The notes: a model not told the origin generated them from the letters alone. 64,000 nt of DNA from Phaeosaccion multiseriatum (GCA_965112735.1 OZ218958.1:3162001-3226000), one strand, 5' to 3'; shown: positions 1 to 11,693, counted from the stretch's first letter. Program-made: numbers and translations.

Positions 1-387
1 CCGTGCGTCTTGTTGAGGCTGGCTGGCTGGCTGGCTGGGTGGGTGGTTGGGTGACTGGGTGGCTTGGGAGGACTCTCCCATTGCCCTCACTCGCTCGCTC
101 GCTTGCTTGACATGGTCATGGTGTTCTCTCACTCAGTTTGACTCCGGGAGGAATGCGGATAGGTCTTTTGGTTTGGCTTTTGTGTGGGCCCTATCTGGTA
201 CCATGTGTCCTCACGACGTCAGAGACAGACATTGCCTGCAACCTCTCAGCCTCACTTATCGTCTACTGCACTGCACGCACGCACTCACGCACCGGGTGGC
301 TCGTTCGACCCCATGACTCACTCCACAATTGAATCATTCCCACGGTACCATGTCCAATCCATCAATATCACTCGTGCTGCGACACAG

Positions 388-535
388 GTTCTTCCACAAG
401 GGCCAGGCCAGACCCTCGCACACTTCCGAGTACCCGCACCCCCCGTACTGGAAGCAGGAGTGGCCCTTCGCTTGGGAGGGGATTGACGACGTTCCGCCCG
501 ACCCCGCTCTCTCGGAATACGCCCGCATAGAATAG
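388..535 (+). CDS. Terminal exon of a gene that starts upstream of the window (unknown product)
   Basis: Acceptor cacag| at 386-387, then non-repetitive protein-like sequence FFHKGQARPSHTSEYPHPPYWKQEWPFAWEGIDDVPPDPALSEYARIE* ending at TAG 535; upstream sequence is intron-like. Confidence 0.5.
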
Positions 536-1225
536 CCCCCCTGGGCGAGGTACGCACAAGCACAAGTTGGCAGCCGGTGCGTGTGCCAACAGGCCCGAGA
601 AGAGGCGGCCAGGCCCGTCACGTTGCCACGGAGGAGCGAGGAGCGAGGAGCGAGGAGCGGGCGCGGGGAGGACGGAGATGGCCGGTGCTCAGCAGCAATG
701 GCTGTACGACGCAAGCGTACCTTCACACATGCTTGACCGCCACAGCTCACTTCACTTCACTAGCACCAGAGATTGCTGTCACTTTCACTCATCCACCTTG
801 ACATTTTCGAGCGCATGCACCTCTATGACACCTTGGTCGCATAGGGGTCGTGCTTCGAGGAGCAAGGGAGGAATGATAGTTCTTTTTTTGTCTTTCTTTG
901 GGGGGAAATTGGTCGCTGCAATTTGCTTACATGTGCAATAAATAGCGCTCGGAAAACTTCGTCACTCGCTCTACTCGATCGAGGACTACCGTGAGCGCAC
1001 TCGCCAACAAGAGAAGCCGTGGGTAGGAAGCTCTCCGGTGGGCGGTGCCAACGACAGGCGAATGCCATCATTCTGCCTTCCTTTCGATTCCTTGTTGGTG
1101 GTGGGGGTGGTGCTTTGTCTTTGTCTCCAACAAATCTGTGACTGGTGAATATTTGGCGCTAAAAAGCGAATATGGCTAATTTATTTTCTGCCACAAACCT
1201 CCCTCTCTCTCTGAAGAGTTTTAAG

Positions 1226-1544
1226 GTAAGAGCTGGGGTAGGGAGGAAGAGGGGGCTTTGATGGTCTGTGATGCCTGTGTGCCCCTGGCTGTGTCCACTG
1301 TCTATGGGGGGGTGGGTTGCGCTGTAGAGGCTTTGCGTCTCTTGCCAATGTTTTTGTTGGCGCTGCTGCGTCAGATTCGTAGACTGAGGGATGATGGAGC
1401 CGCTAGTCTAGCCTCCCTCGCATTCGCACCTACTGAGCGACTACGGCCTCCCTTTCGTCCATATCTGCGCTCTCCTCCTCGCGCTGTACGGCGCTTTGTC
1501 TTGTCTCGGTTCTTGACTTGCTGCATGCATGTGCCTGTCTCCAG
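1226..1544 (+). other. Putative 5'-UTR intron of secreted repeat gene 1
   Basis: aag|GTAAGA donor and pyrimidine-rich ...tctcCAG acceptor 41 nt before the ATG; homologous intron (shared cgcacctactga and ctctcctcctcgcgct blocks) at 21895-22173 upstream of the paralogue. Confidence 0.55.
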
Positions 1545-1585
1545 GCGTTTGATTCTGTGTAGCGCCCAAGGGAGCAACAAGCGCC

Positions 1586-4500
1586 ATGAAGGTCAAGGCC
1601 GCTACTGTCGCGGCCTTCCTGGCCTTCATCTCCCCCTTCGCCGGCCGCGTCACCGCCATCGATGCCTTCGAACAACCGTCCACGCCTCAGCCTGTTCCCC
1701 CGCCTACGGAGGGGTCTCCAAGTGTGGACAAGCCTGTCTGGATAGAGCCGCCCACCGCCCCGGCGCCTGTCTGGACCGAGCCCGCGCCCCCCACCGCCTC
1801 ACCTGTCAAGAGCAAGAACAAGAAGAGCAAGAAGGAGGACAGCAAGAAGGATAGCGAACCCTGGACAGACCCTACCGTGCAGGTAAGCACTTGCAGCGAA
1901 CGGCCTGGGAGCATCGTGCCTGCCCGCGCCCGCCAAGCTCTAGTTCAAGTCCCGCTTCCGCATGCTCGCTGCTAAGCCTCTCTCTCTCTCTCTCTCTCTC
2001 TTGCTATGCTCTCTGCATCCTCCTTCTCTCGCTGCTGCTCCACATCATTGGCTACTCCTCGCCGGTCCTTGCTGCCCCAAACTACAGCCCGCCCCCGCGC
2101 CTGTCTGGATAGAGCCGCCCACCACCCCCGCGCCTGTTTGGACCGAGCCCCCGCCCCCCACCGCCTCGCCTGTCAAGAGCAAGAACAAGGAGAGCAAGAA
2201 CAAGAAGAGCAAGAACAAGAAGAGCAAGAAGGAGGACAGCAAGAAGGATAGCGAACCCTGGACAGACCCTACCGTGCAGGTAAGCACTTGCACCGAAACG
2301 GTGGGAGCATCGTGCTTGCCCGCCAAGCTCTAGTTCAAGTCCCGCTTCCTCATGCTCGCTGCTAAGCCTCTCTCTCTCTTGCTATGCTATGCTCTCTGCA
2401 TCCTCCTTCGCTCGCTACTGCTCGCCGGTCCTTGCCGCCCCAAATCACAGCCCGCCCCCGCGCCTGTTTGGACACCCGCGCCCACCACTACCGCGCCTGT
2501 CTGGATAGAGCCGCCCACCACCCCCGCGCCTGTTTGGACCGAGCCCCCGCCCCCCACCGCTTCGCCTGTCAAGAGCAAGAACAAGGAGAGCAAGAACAAG
2601 AAGAGCAAGAACAAGAAGAGCAAGAACAAGAAGAGCAAGAAGGAGGACAGCAAGAAGGATAGCGAACCCTGGACAGACCCTACCGTGCAGGTAAGCACTT
2701 GCACCGAAACGGTGGGAGCATCGTGCCTGCCCGCCAAGCTCTAGTTCAAGTCCCGCTTCCTCATGCTCGCTGCTAAGCCTCTCTCTCTCTTGCTATGCTA
2801 TGCTCTCTGCATCCTCCTTCGCTCGCTACTGCTCGCCGGTCCTTGCCGCCCCAAATCACAGCCCGCCCCCGCGCCTGTTTGGACACCCGCGCCCACCACT
2901 ACCGCGCCTGTCTGGATAGAGCCGCCCACCACCCCCGCGCCTGTTTGGACCGAGCCCCCGCCCCCCACCGCCTCGCCTGTCAAGAGCAAGAACAAGGAGA
3001 GCAAGAACAAGAAGAGCAAGAACAAGAAGAGCAAGAAGGAGGACAGCAAGAAGGATAGCGAACCCTGGACAGACCCTACCGTGCAGGTAAGCACTTGCAC
3101 CGAAACGGTGGGAGCATCGTGCCTGCCCACCAAGCTCTAGTTCAAGTCCCGCTTCCTCATGCTCGCTGCTAAGCCGCTCTCTCTCTTGCTATGCTCTGCA
3201 TTCTGCATCCTCCTTCTCTCGCTACTGCTCGCCGGTCCTTGCCGCCCCAAATCACAGCCCGCCCCCGCGCCTGTTTGGACACCCGCGCCCACCACTACCG
3301 CGCCTGTCTGGAGCGAGCCCCCGTCCCCCACCGCCTCACCTGTCAAGAACAAGAAGAGCAAGAAGGAAACCGTGCAGGTAAGCACTTACAGCGAACGGCC
3401 TGGGAGCATGGTGCCTGGGAGCATGGTGCCTGCCCGCGCCCGCCAAGCTCTAGTTCAAGTCCCGCTTCCGCATGCTCGCTGCTACTAAGCCTCTCTCTCT
3501 CTCTTGCTATGCTCTCTGCATCCTCCTTCTCTCGCTACTGCTCGCCGGTCCTTGCCGCCCCAAATCACAGCCCGCCCCCGCGCCTGTTTGGACACCCGCG
3601 CCCACCACTACCGCGCCTGTCTGGAGCGAGCCCCCGTCCCCCACCGCCTCACCTGTCAAGAACAAGAAGAGCAAGAAGGAAACCGTGCAGGTAAGCACAT
3701 ACAGCGAACGGACGGCCTGGGAGCATGGTGCCTGCCCGCGACCGCCAAGCTCTAGTTCAAGTCCCGCTTCCTCATGCTCGCTGCTAAGCCGCTCTCTCTC
3801 TTGCTATGCTCTGCTCTCTGCATCCTCCTTCTCTCGCTACTGCTCGCCGGTCCTTGCCGCCCCAAATCACAGCCCGCCCCCGCGCCTGTTTGGACACCCG
3901 CGCCCACCACTACCGCGCCTGTTTGGACCGAGCCCCCGTCCCCCACCGCCTCACCTGTCAAGAACAAGAAGAGCAAGAAGGAAACCGTGCAGGTAAGCAC
4001 TTACAGCGAACGGCCTGGGAGCATGGTGCCTGGGAGCATGGTGCCTGCCCGCGCCCGCCAAGCTCTAGTTCTTGTCCCGCTTCCGCATGCTCGCTGCTAC
4101 TAAGCCTCTCTCTCTCTCTCTTGCTATGCTCTCTGCATCCTCCTTCTCTCGCTACTGCTCGCCGGTCCTTGCCGCCCCAAATCACAGCCCGCCCCCGCGC
4201 CTGTTTGGACACCCGCGCCCACGACTACCGCGCCTGTCTGGAGCGAGCCCCCGTCCCCCACCGCCTCACCTGTCAAGAACAAGAAGAGCAAGAAGGAAAC
4301 CGTGCAGGTAAGCACTTACTACAGCGAACGGCCTGGGAGCATGGTGCCTGCCCGCGCCCGCCAAGTTCTTGTCCCGCTTCCGCATGCTCGCTGCTACTAA
4401 GCCTCTCTCTCTCTCTGGCTATGCTCTCTGCATCCTCCTTCTCTCGCTACTGCTCGCCGGTCCTTGCCGCCCCAAATCACAGCCCGCCCCCGCGCCTGTT

Positions 4501-7500
4501 TGGACACCCGCGCCCACCACTACCGCGCCTGTCTGGAGCGAGCCCCCGTCCCCCACCGCCTCACCTGTCAAGAACAAGAAGAGCAAGAAGGAAACCGTGC
4601 AGGTAAGCACTTACTACAGCGAACGGCCTGGGAGCATGGTGCCTGCCCGCGCCCGCCAAGCTCTAGTTCAAGTCCCGCTTCCGCATGCTCGCTGCTACTA
4701 AGCCTCTCTCTCTCTCTTGCTATGCTCTCTGCATCCTCCTTCTCTCGCTACTGCTCGCCGGTCTTTGCCGCCCCAAATCACAGCCTGCCCCCGCGCCTGT
4801 TTGGACACCCGCGCCCACCACTACCGCGCCTGTCTGGAGCGAGCCCCCGTCCCCCACCGCCTCACCTGTCAAGAACAAGAAGAGCAAGAAGGAAACCGTG
4901 CAGGTAAGCACTTACAGCGAACGGCCTGGGAGCATGGTGCCTGCCCGCGCCCGCCAAGCTCTAGTTCAAGTCCCGCTTCCTCATGCTCGCTGCTAAGCCG
5001 CTCTCTCTCTTGCTATGCTCTGCATTCTGCATCCTCCTTCTCTCGCTACTGCTCGCCGGTCCTTGCCGCCCCAAATCACAGCCCGCCCCCGCGCCTGTTT
5101 GGACACCCGCGCCCACCACTACCGCGCCTGTTTGGAGCGAGCCCCCGTCCCCCACCGCCTCACCTGTCAAGAACAAGAAGAGCAAGAAGGAAACCGTGCA
5201 GGTAAGCACTTACTACAGCGAACGGCCTGGGAGCATGGTGCCTGCCCGCGCCCGCCAAGTTCTTGTCCCGCTTCCGCATGCTCGCTGCTACTAAGCCTCT
5301 CTCTCTCTCTTGCTATGCTCTCTGCATCCTCCTTCTCTCGCTACTGCTCGCCGGTCCTTGCCGCCCCAAATCACAGCCCGCCCCCGCGCCTGTTTGGACA
5401 CCCGCGCCCACCACTACCGCGCCTGTCTGGAGCGAGCCCCCGTCCCCCACCGCCTCACCTGTCAAGAACAAGAAGAGCAAGAAGGAAACCGTGCAGGTAA
5501 GCACTTACTACAGCGAACGGCCTGGGAGCATGGTGCCTGCCCGCGCCCGCCAAGCTCTAGTTCAAGTCCCGCTTCCGCATGCTCGCTGCTACTAAGCCTC
5601 TCTCTCTCTCTTGCTATGCTCTCTGCATCCTCCTTCTCTCGCTACTGCTCGCCGGTCCTTGCCGCCCCAAATCACAGCCCGCCCCCGCGCCTGTTTGGAC
5701 ACCCGCGCCCACCACTACCGCGCCTGTCTGGAGCGAGCCCCCGTCCCCCACCGCCTCACCTGTCAAGAACAAGAAGAGCAAGAAGGAAACCGTGCAGGTA
5801 AGCACATACAGCGAACGGCCTGGGAGCATGGTGCCTGCCCGCGCCCGCCAAGCTCTAGTTCAAGTCCCGCTTCCTCATGCTCGCTGCTAAGCCTCTCTCT
5901 CTCTTGCTGTGCTCTGCATCCTCCTTCTCTCGCTACTGCTCGCCTGTCCTTGCCGCCCCAAATCACAGCCCGCCCCCGCGCCTGTTTGGACACCCGCGCC
6001 CACCACTCCCGCCCCTGTCTGGACCGAGCCCGAGCCCGCGCCGCCCACCGCCTCACCTGTAAAGAGCAAGAGCAAGAAGAGCAAGAAGGAGACCGTGCAG
6101 GTAAGCACTTACAGCGAACCGCCTGGGAGCATGGTGCCTGCCCGCGCCCGCCAAGCTCTAGTTCAAGTCCCGCTTCCTCATGCTCGCTGCTAAGCCTCTC
6201 TCTCTCTTGCTGTGCTCTGCATCCTCCTTCTCTCGCTACTGCTCGCCGGTCCTTGCCGCCCCAAATCACAGCCCGCCCCCGCGCCTGTTTGGACACCCGC
6301 GCCCACCACTCCCGCCCCTGTCTGGACCGAGCCCGAGCCCGCGCCGCCCACCGCCTCACCTGTAAAGAGCAAGAGCAAGAAGAGCAAGAAGGAGACCGTG
6401 CAGGTAAGCACTTACAGCGAACAGCCTGGGAGCATGGTGCCTGCCCGCGCCCGCCAAGCTCTAGTTCAAGTCCCGCTTCCTCATGCTCGCTGCTAAGCCT
6501 CTCTCTCTCTTGCTGTGCTCTGCATCCTCCTTCTCTCGCTACTGCTCGCCTGTCCTTGCCGCCCCAAATCACAGCCCGCCCCCGCGCCTGTTTGGACACC
6601 CGCGCCCACCACTCCCGCCCCTGTCTGGACCGAGCCCGAGCCCGCGCCGCCCACCGCCTCACCTGTAAAGAGCAAGAGCAAGAAGAGCAAGAAGGAGACC
6701 GTGCAGGTAAGCACTTACAGCGAACAGCCTGGGAGCATGGTGCCTGCCCGCGCCCGCCAAGCTCTAGTTCAAGTCCCGCTTCCTCATGCTCGCTGCTAAG
6801 CCTCTCTCTCTCTTGCTGTGCTCTGCATCCTCCTTCTCTCGCTACTGCTCGCCGGTCCTTGCCGCCCCAAATCACAGCCCGCCCCCGCGCCTGTTTGGAC
6901 ACCCGCGCCCACCACTCCCGCCCCTGTCTGGACCGAGCCCGAGCCCGCGCCGCCCACCGCCTCACCTGTAAAGAGCAAGAGCAAGAAGAGCAAGAAGGAG
7001 ACCGTGCAGGTAAGCACTTACAGCGAACCGTCTGGGAGCATCGTGCCGTTCACCATCTCCCAATGCTTCATTGCTCCATCTGACCTTGCTGTCCTTCACT
7101 CCATAAGCCATCACAGACATCGCTCTTGGCCAAGCTTATCTGTGATTGCTTGGTGCCCTTCACCATCTCCCAATGCTTCATTCCTCCATCTGACCTTGCT
7201 GTCCTTCGTTCCATTGCTCTCGCAAGGCCCACCAGCCCAAGGCCCCCGCCCCGACGACCTCTCCGACCAAGAAGGTAAGCCATCACAGACATCGCTCTTG
7301 GCCACGCTTATCTGTGTCAGTTGGTGCCCTTCACCATCTCCCAATGCTTCATTGCTCCATCTGACCTTGCTGTCCTTCGTTCCATTGCTCTCGCAAGGCC
7401 CACCAGCCCAAGAGCGATGTCTGTGATTGCTTGGTGCCCTTCACCATCTCCCGATGCTTCATTGCTCCGTCTGACCTTGCTGTCCTTCGTTCCATTGCTC

Positions 7501-10500
7501 TCGCAAGGCCCACCAGCCCAAGGCCCCCGCACCGACGACCAAGGTGTACTCTCCGACCAAGAAGGTAATAAGCCATCACAGACATCGCTCTTGGCCAAGC
7601 TTATCTGTGTCGGTTGGTGCCCTTCACCATCTCCCAATGCTTGATTCCTCCATCTGACCTTGCTGTCCTTCGCTCCATTGCCCTCGCAAGGCCCACCCGC
7701 CCAAGAGCGATGTCTGTGATTGCTTGGTGCCCTTCACCATCTCCCAATGCTTCATTCCTCCATCTGACCTTGCTGTCCTTCGTTCCATTGCTCTCGCAAG
7801 GCCCACCAGCCCAAGGCCCCCGCCCCGACGACCTCTCCGACCAAGAAGGTAAGCCATCACAGACATCGCTCTTGGCCACGCTTATGTGTGTCAGTTGGTG
7901 CCCCTCACCATCTCCCAATGCTTTATTCCTCCATCTGACCTTGCTGTCCTTCGCCCCATTGCCCTCGCAAGGCCCACCAGCCCAAGAGCGATGTCTGTGA
8001 TTGCTTGGTGCCCTTCACCATCTCCCAATGCTTCATTGGTCCATCTGACCTTGCTGTCCTTCGTTCCATTGCTCTCGCAAGGCCCACCAGCCCAAGAGCG
8101 ATGTCTGTGATTGCTTGGTGCCCTTCACCATCTCCCAATGCTTCATTGCTCCGTCTGACCTTGCTGTCCTTCGTTCCATTGCTCTCGCAAGGCCCACCAG
8201 CCCATGGCCCCCGCACCGACGACCAAGGTGTACTCTCCGACCAAGAAGGTAATAAGCCATCACAGCCATCGCTCTTGGCCAAGCTTATCTGTGTCGGTTG
8301 GTGCCCTTCACCATCTCCCAATGCTTGATTCCTCCATCTGACCTTGCTGTCCTTCGCTCCATTGCCCTCGCAAGGCCCACCAGCCCAAGAGAGATGTCTG
8401 TGATTGCTTGGTGCCCTTCACCATCTCCCAATGCTTGATTCCTCCATCTCTGACCTTGCTGTCCTTCGTTCTATTGCTTTCGCAAGGCCCACCAGCCCAA
8501 GGCCGCCGCACCGACGCCCAAGGTGTCCTCTCCGACCAAGAAGGTAAGCGATCACAGACATCGCTCTTGGCCAAGCTTATCTGTGTCGGTTGGTGCCCTT
8601 CACCATCTCCCAATGCTTGATTCCTCCATCTGACCTTGCTGTCCTTCGCTCCATTGCCCTCGCAAGGCCCACCAGCCCAAGAGCGATGGCTGTGATTGCT
8701 TGGTGCCCTTCACCATCTCCCAATGCTTCTTTCCTCCATCTGACCTTGCTGTCCTTCGTTCCATTGCTCTCGCAAGGCCCACCAGCCCAAGGCCCCCGCA
8801 CCGACGCCCAAGGTCTACTCTCCGACCAAGAAGGTAAGCCATCACCGACATCGCTCTTGGCCAAGCTTATCTGTGTCAGTTGGTGCCCCTCACCATCTCC
8901 CAATGCTTCATTCCTCCATCTGACCTTGCTGTCCTTCGTTCCATTGCTCTCGCAAGGCCCACCAGCCCAAGGCCCCCGAACCGACGACCAAGGTGTACTC
9001 TCCGACCAAGAAGGTAAGCCATCACAGGCATCGGTCTTTGCCACGCTTATCTGTGTCAGTTGGTGCCCCTCACCATCTCCCAATGCTTCATTCCTCCATC
9101 TGACCTTGCTGTCCTTCGTTCCATTGCTCTCGCAAGGCCCACCAGCCCAAGGCCCCCGCACCGACGCCCAAGGTGTACTCTCCGACCAAGAAGGTAATAA
9201 GCCATCACAGACATCGCTCTTGGCCAAGCTTATCTGTGTCGGTTGGTGCCCTTCACCATCTCCCAATGCTTCATTCCTCCATCTGACCTTGCTGTCCTTC
9301 GTTCCATTGCTCTCGCAAGGCCCACCAGCCCAAGGCCCCCGCCCCGACGCCCAAGGTCTACTCTCCGACCAAGAAGGTAAGCCATCACAGGCATCGCTTT
9401 TTGCCACGCTTATCTGTGTCAGTTGGTGCCCCTCACCATCTCCCAATGCTTCATTCCTCCATCTGACCTTGCTGTCCTTCGTTCCATTGCTCTCGCAAGG
9501 CCCACCAGCCCAAGGCCCCCGCACCGACGCCCAAGGTGTACTCTCCGACCAAGAAGGTAATAAGCCATCACAGACATCGCTCTTGGCCAAGCTTATCTGT
9601 GTCGGTTGGTGCCCTTCACCATCTCCCAATGCTTCATTCCTCCATCTGACCTTGCTGTCCTTCGCCCCATTGCCCTCGCAAGGCCCACCAGCCCAAGAGC
9701 GATGTCTGTGATTGCTTGGTGCCCTTCACCATCTCCCAATGCTTCATTGCTCCATCTGACCTTGCTGTCCTTCGCTCCATTGCTCTCGCAAGGCCCACCA
9801 GCCCAAGGCCCCCGCACCGATGACCTCTCCGACCAAGAAGGTAAGCCATCACAGGCTTATCTGTGTCGGTTGGTGCCCTTCACCATCTCCCAATGCTTCA
9901 TTCCTCCATCTGACCTTGCTGTCCTTCGTTCCATTGCCCTCGCAAGGCCCACCAGCCCAAGGCCCCCGCCCCGACGCCCAAGGTCTACTCTCCGACCAAG
10001 AAGGTAAGCCATCACAGGCATCGCTCTTTGCCACGCTTATCTGTGTCAGTTGGTGCCCCTCACCATCTCCCAATGCTTCATTGCTCCATCTGACCTTGCT
10101 GTCCTTCGCCCCATTGCTCTCGCAAGGCCCACCAGCCCAAGAGCGATGCCTGTGATTGCTTGGTGCCCCTCACCATCTCCCAATGCTTGATTCCTCCATC
10201 TGACCTTGCTGTCCTTCGCCCCATTGCTCTCGCAAGGCCCACCAGCCCAAGGCCCCCGCCCCGACGCCCAAGGTGTACTCTCCGACCAAGAAGGTAAGCC
10301 ATCACAGACATCGCTCTTGGCCACGCTTATCTGTGTCAGTTGGTGCCCCTCACCATCTCCCAATGCTTCATTCCTCCATCTGACCTTGCTGTCCTTCGCC
10401 CCATTGCCCTCGCAAGGCCCACCAGCCCAAGAGCGATGTCTGTGATTGCTTGGTGCCCTTCACCATCTCCCAATGCTTCATTGCTCCATCTGACCTTGCT

Positions 10501-10871
10501 GTCCTCCGTTCCATTGCTCTCGCAAGGCCCACCAGCCCAAGGCCCCCGCCCCGACGCCCAAGGTCTACTCTCCGACCAAGAAGGTAAGCCATCACAGGCA
10601 TCGCTTTTTGCCACGCTTATCTGTGTCAGTTGGTGCCCCTCACCATCTCCCAATGCTTCATTCCTCCATCTGACCTTGCTGTCCTTCGTTTCATTGCTCT
10701 CGCAAGGCCCACCAGCCCAAGAGCGATGTCAGTGATTGCTTGGTGCCCTTCACCATCTCCCAATGCTTCATTGCTCCATCTGACCTTGCTGTCCTCCGTT
10801 CCATTGCTCTCGCAAGGCCCACCAGCCCAAGGCCCCCGCAACGATCATGTGCTCAGACCTTTGCTCCGAAG

Positions 10872-10934
<63 letters not shown>

Positions 10935-10941
10935 TGTGTGT

Positions 10942-10980
<39 letters not shown>

Positions 10981-11471
10981 CGTGCGTGTGTGTCCCGCTC
11001 ACTCTAGCGCCTGCGTCTTCTGCCTGTTTCTGCCCCCCTTTCGCCCTTTCCACTCCTCCTCTGCAGACCCCATGTTATATGGACCCCACTTGCTCTATTT
11101 ATGGAGGTCTTGGATGCAACGCGCATGGTGCCGGCCAGAACTGCCGCTTCTGTGGCAAGGGCGAGTGGATCGATTGCTCTCGCATCATCCCCATCGAAGA
11201 TGCGCCCACGGACGACTCACCCGCGTGCACGCCTTCTTCCGCCGAGCTTCATCAAGGATTTGATAAGGGCATCTTCGCCGACCCCTCCTGCCTTGGCGAT
11301 GCTCCTGGCGTCCTGTGCAACTACATGGGCCTTGGACAGGAGTGCCGTGGCTGCTGGCTTACCTGTGAGGGCGCTACGGCTGCCATGGTGACCTACCCCG
11401 AGTTCACCCGCGAGAACATTGTCTTCTGCCCTTCATCGGGCCTCACCAGCTACTCAACGGACTGTGAATGA
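1586..11471 (+). CDS. Secreted Pro/Thr/Lys-rich repeat protein with C-terminal Cys-rich domain (gene 1; ~33 exons, ~1220 aa if all exons are used)
   Basis: Signal peptide MKVKAATVAAFLAFISPFAGRVTA. Type-A exons ending GTGCAG|gtaagc: 1586-1882, 2088-2279, 2451-2690, 2862-3086, nine 120-nt exons from 3258 to 5797, four 132-nt exons from 5969 to 7009. Fifteen 39/48-nt type-B exons from 7236 to 10873 (PKAPAPTxKVYSPTKK). Terminal exon 11067-11471 has two Cys modules (DPTC..GGLGC..NCRFC; DPSC..GVLC..ECRGC). All junctions are phase 0 with no in-frame stops. Confidence 0.8.
1740..7050 (+). repeat. Tandem exon+intron array A (17 units, ~295-411 bp)
   Basis: Near-identical units each contain cacag|cccgcccccgcgcctg...accgtgcag|gtaagcac; the last four exons repeat with an exact 303-bp period (5969, 6272, 6575, 6878). 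Confidence 0.95.
7051..10873 (+). repeat. Tandem micro-exon+intron array B (15 exons plus 10 dead exon copies)
   Basis: Repeated ttggtgcccttcaccatctcccaatgc...ctcgcaaggcccaccagcccaag block, followed either by an exon ending aagaag|gtaa or by agcgatgtctgtgattgc (no conserved donor). Confidence 0.95.
10874..10992. repeat. (GT)n microsatellite at the start of the last intron of gene 1
   Basis: Directly visible; the first GT serves as the donor. Confidence 0.95.
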
Positions 11472-11693
11472 GCGGCGGTGATGTGTCCATCGCTTCTCGA
11501 CTATATCGCGACGTCGAGACTCCCGAACCACCCTTCGCGTGGTGATCTCTTGATGTGTGTGTGACGTCAACTACACGTCGTTTTAATCCCTCGCCGCCAC
11601 GTATATGAATATTACATGATCTTTCAGTTCTCTGTAACTTTTTATCGCAGTCTAAAAAGGACACGGACGTCCTCACGCCTCCATGTGTGTGTG

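Noticed and set aside
5611-7083. Long ORFs 5611-7083 (+) and 5763-6965 (-)
   Set aside because: By-products of a 303-bp repeat unit (a multiple of 3) read in non-coding frames across introns.
7407-7424. Decoys as real 12-nt exons using a gat|gtctgt donor
   Set aside because: The GT is not conserved among copies (ggctgt at ~8688, gcctgt at ~10148) and the sequence is fully explained as an inverted copy of the intron 5' end.
8577-9711. Long ORFs 8590-9711 (+) and 8577-9629 (-)
   Set aside because: Same artefact from 180/183-bp units; in the exon frame the introns contain stops.
1740-10873. CRISPR-like array
   Set aside because: The sequences between repeats are themselves near-identical, units carry GT-AG splice sites, the context is eukaryotic and no cas genes are present.
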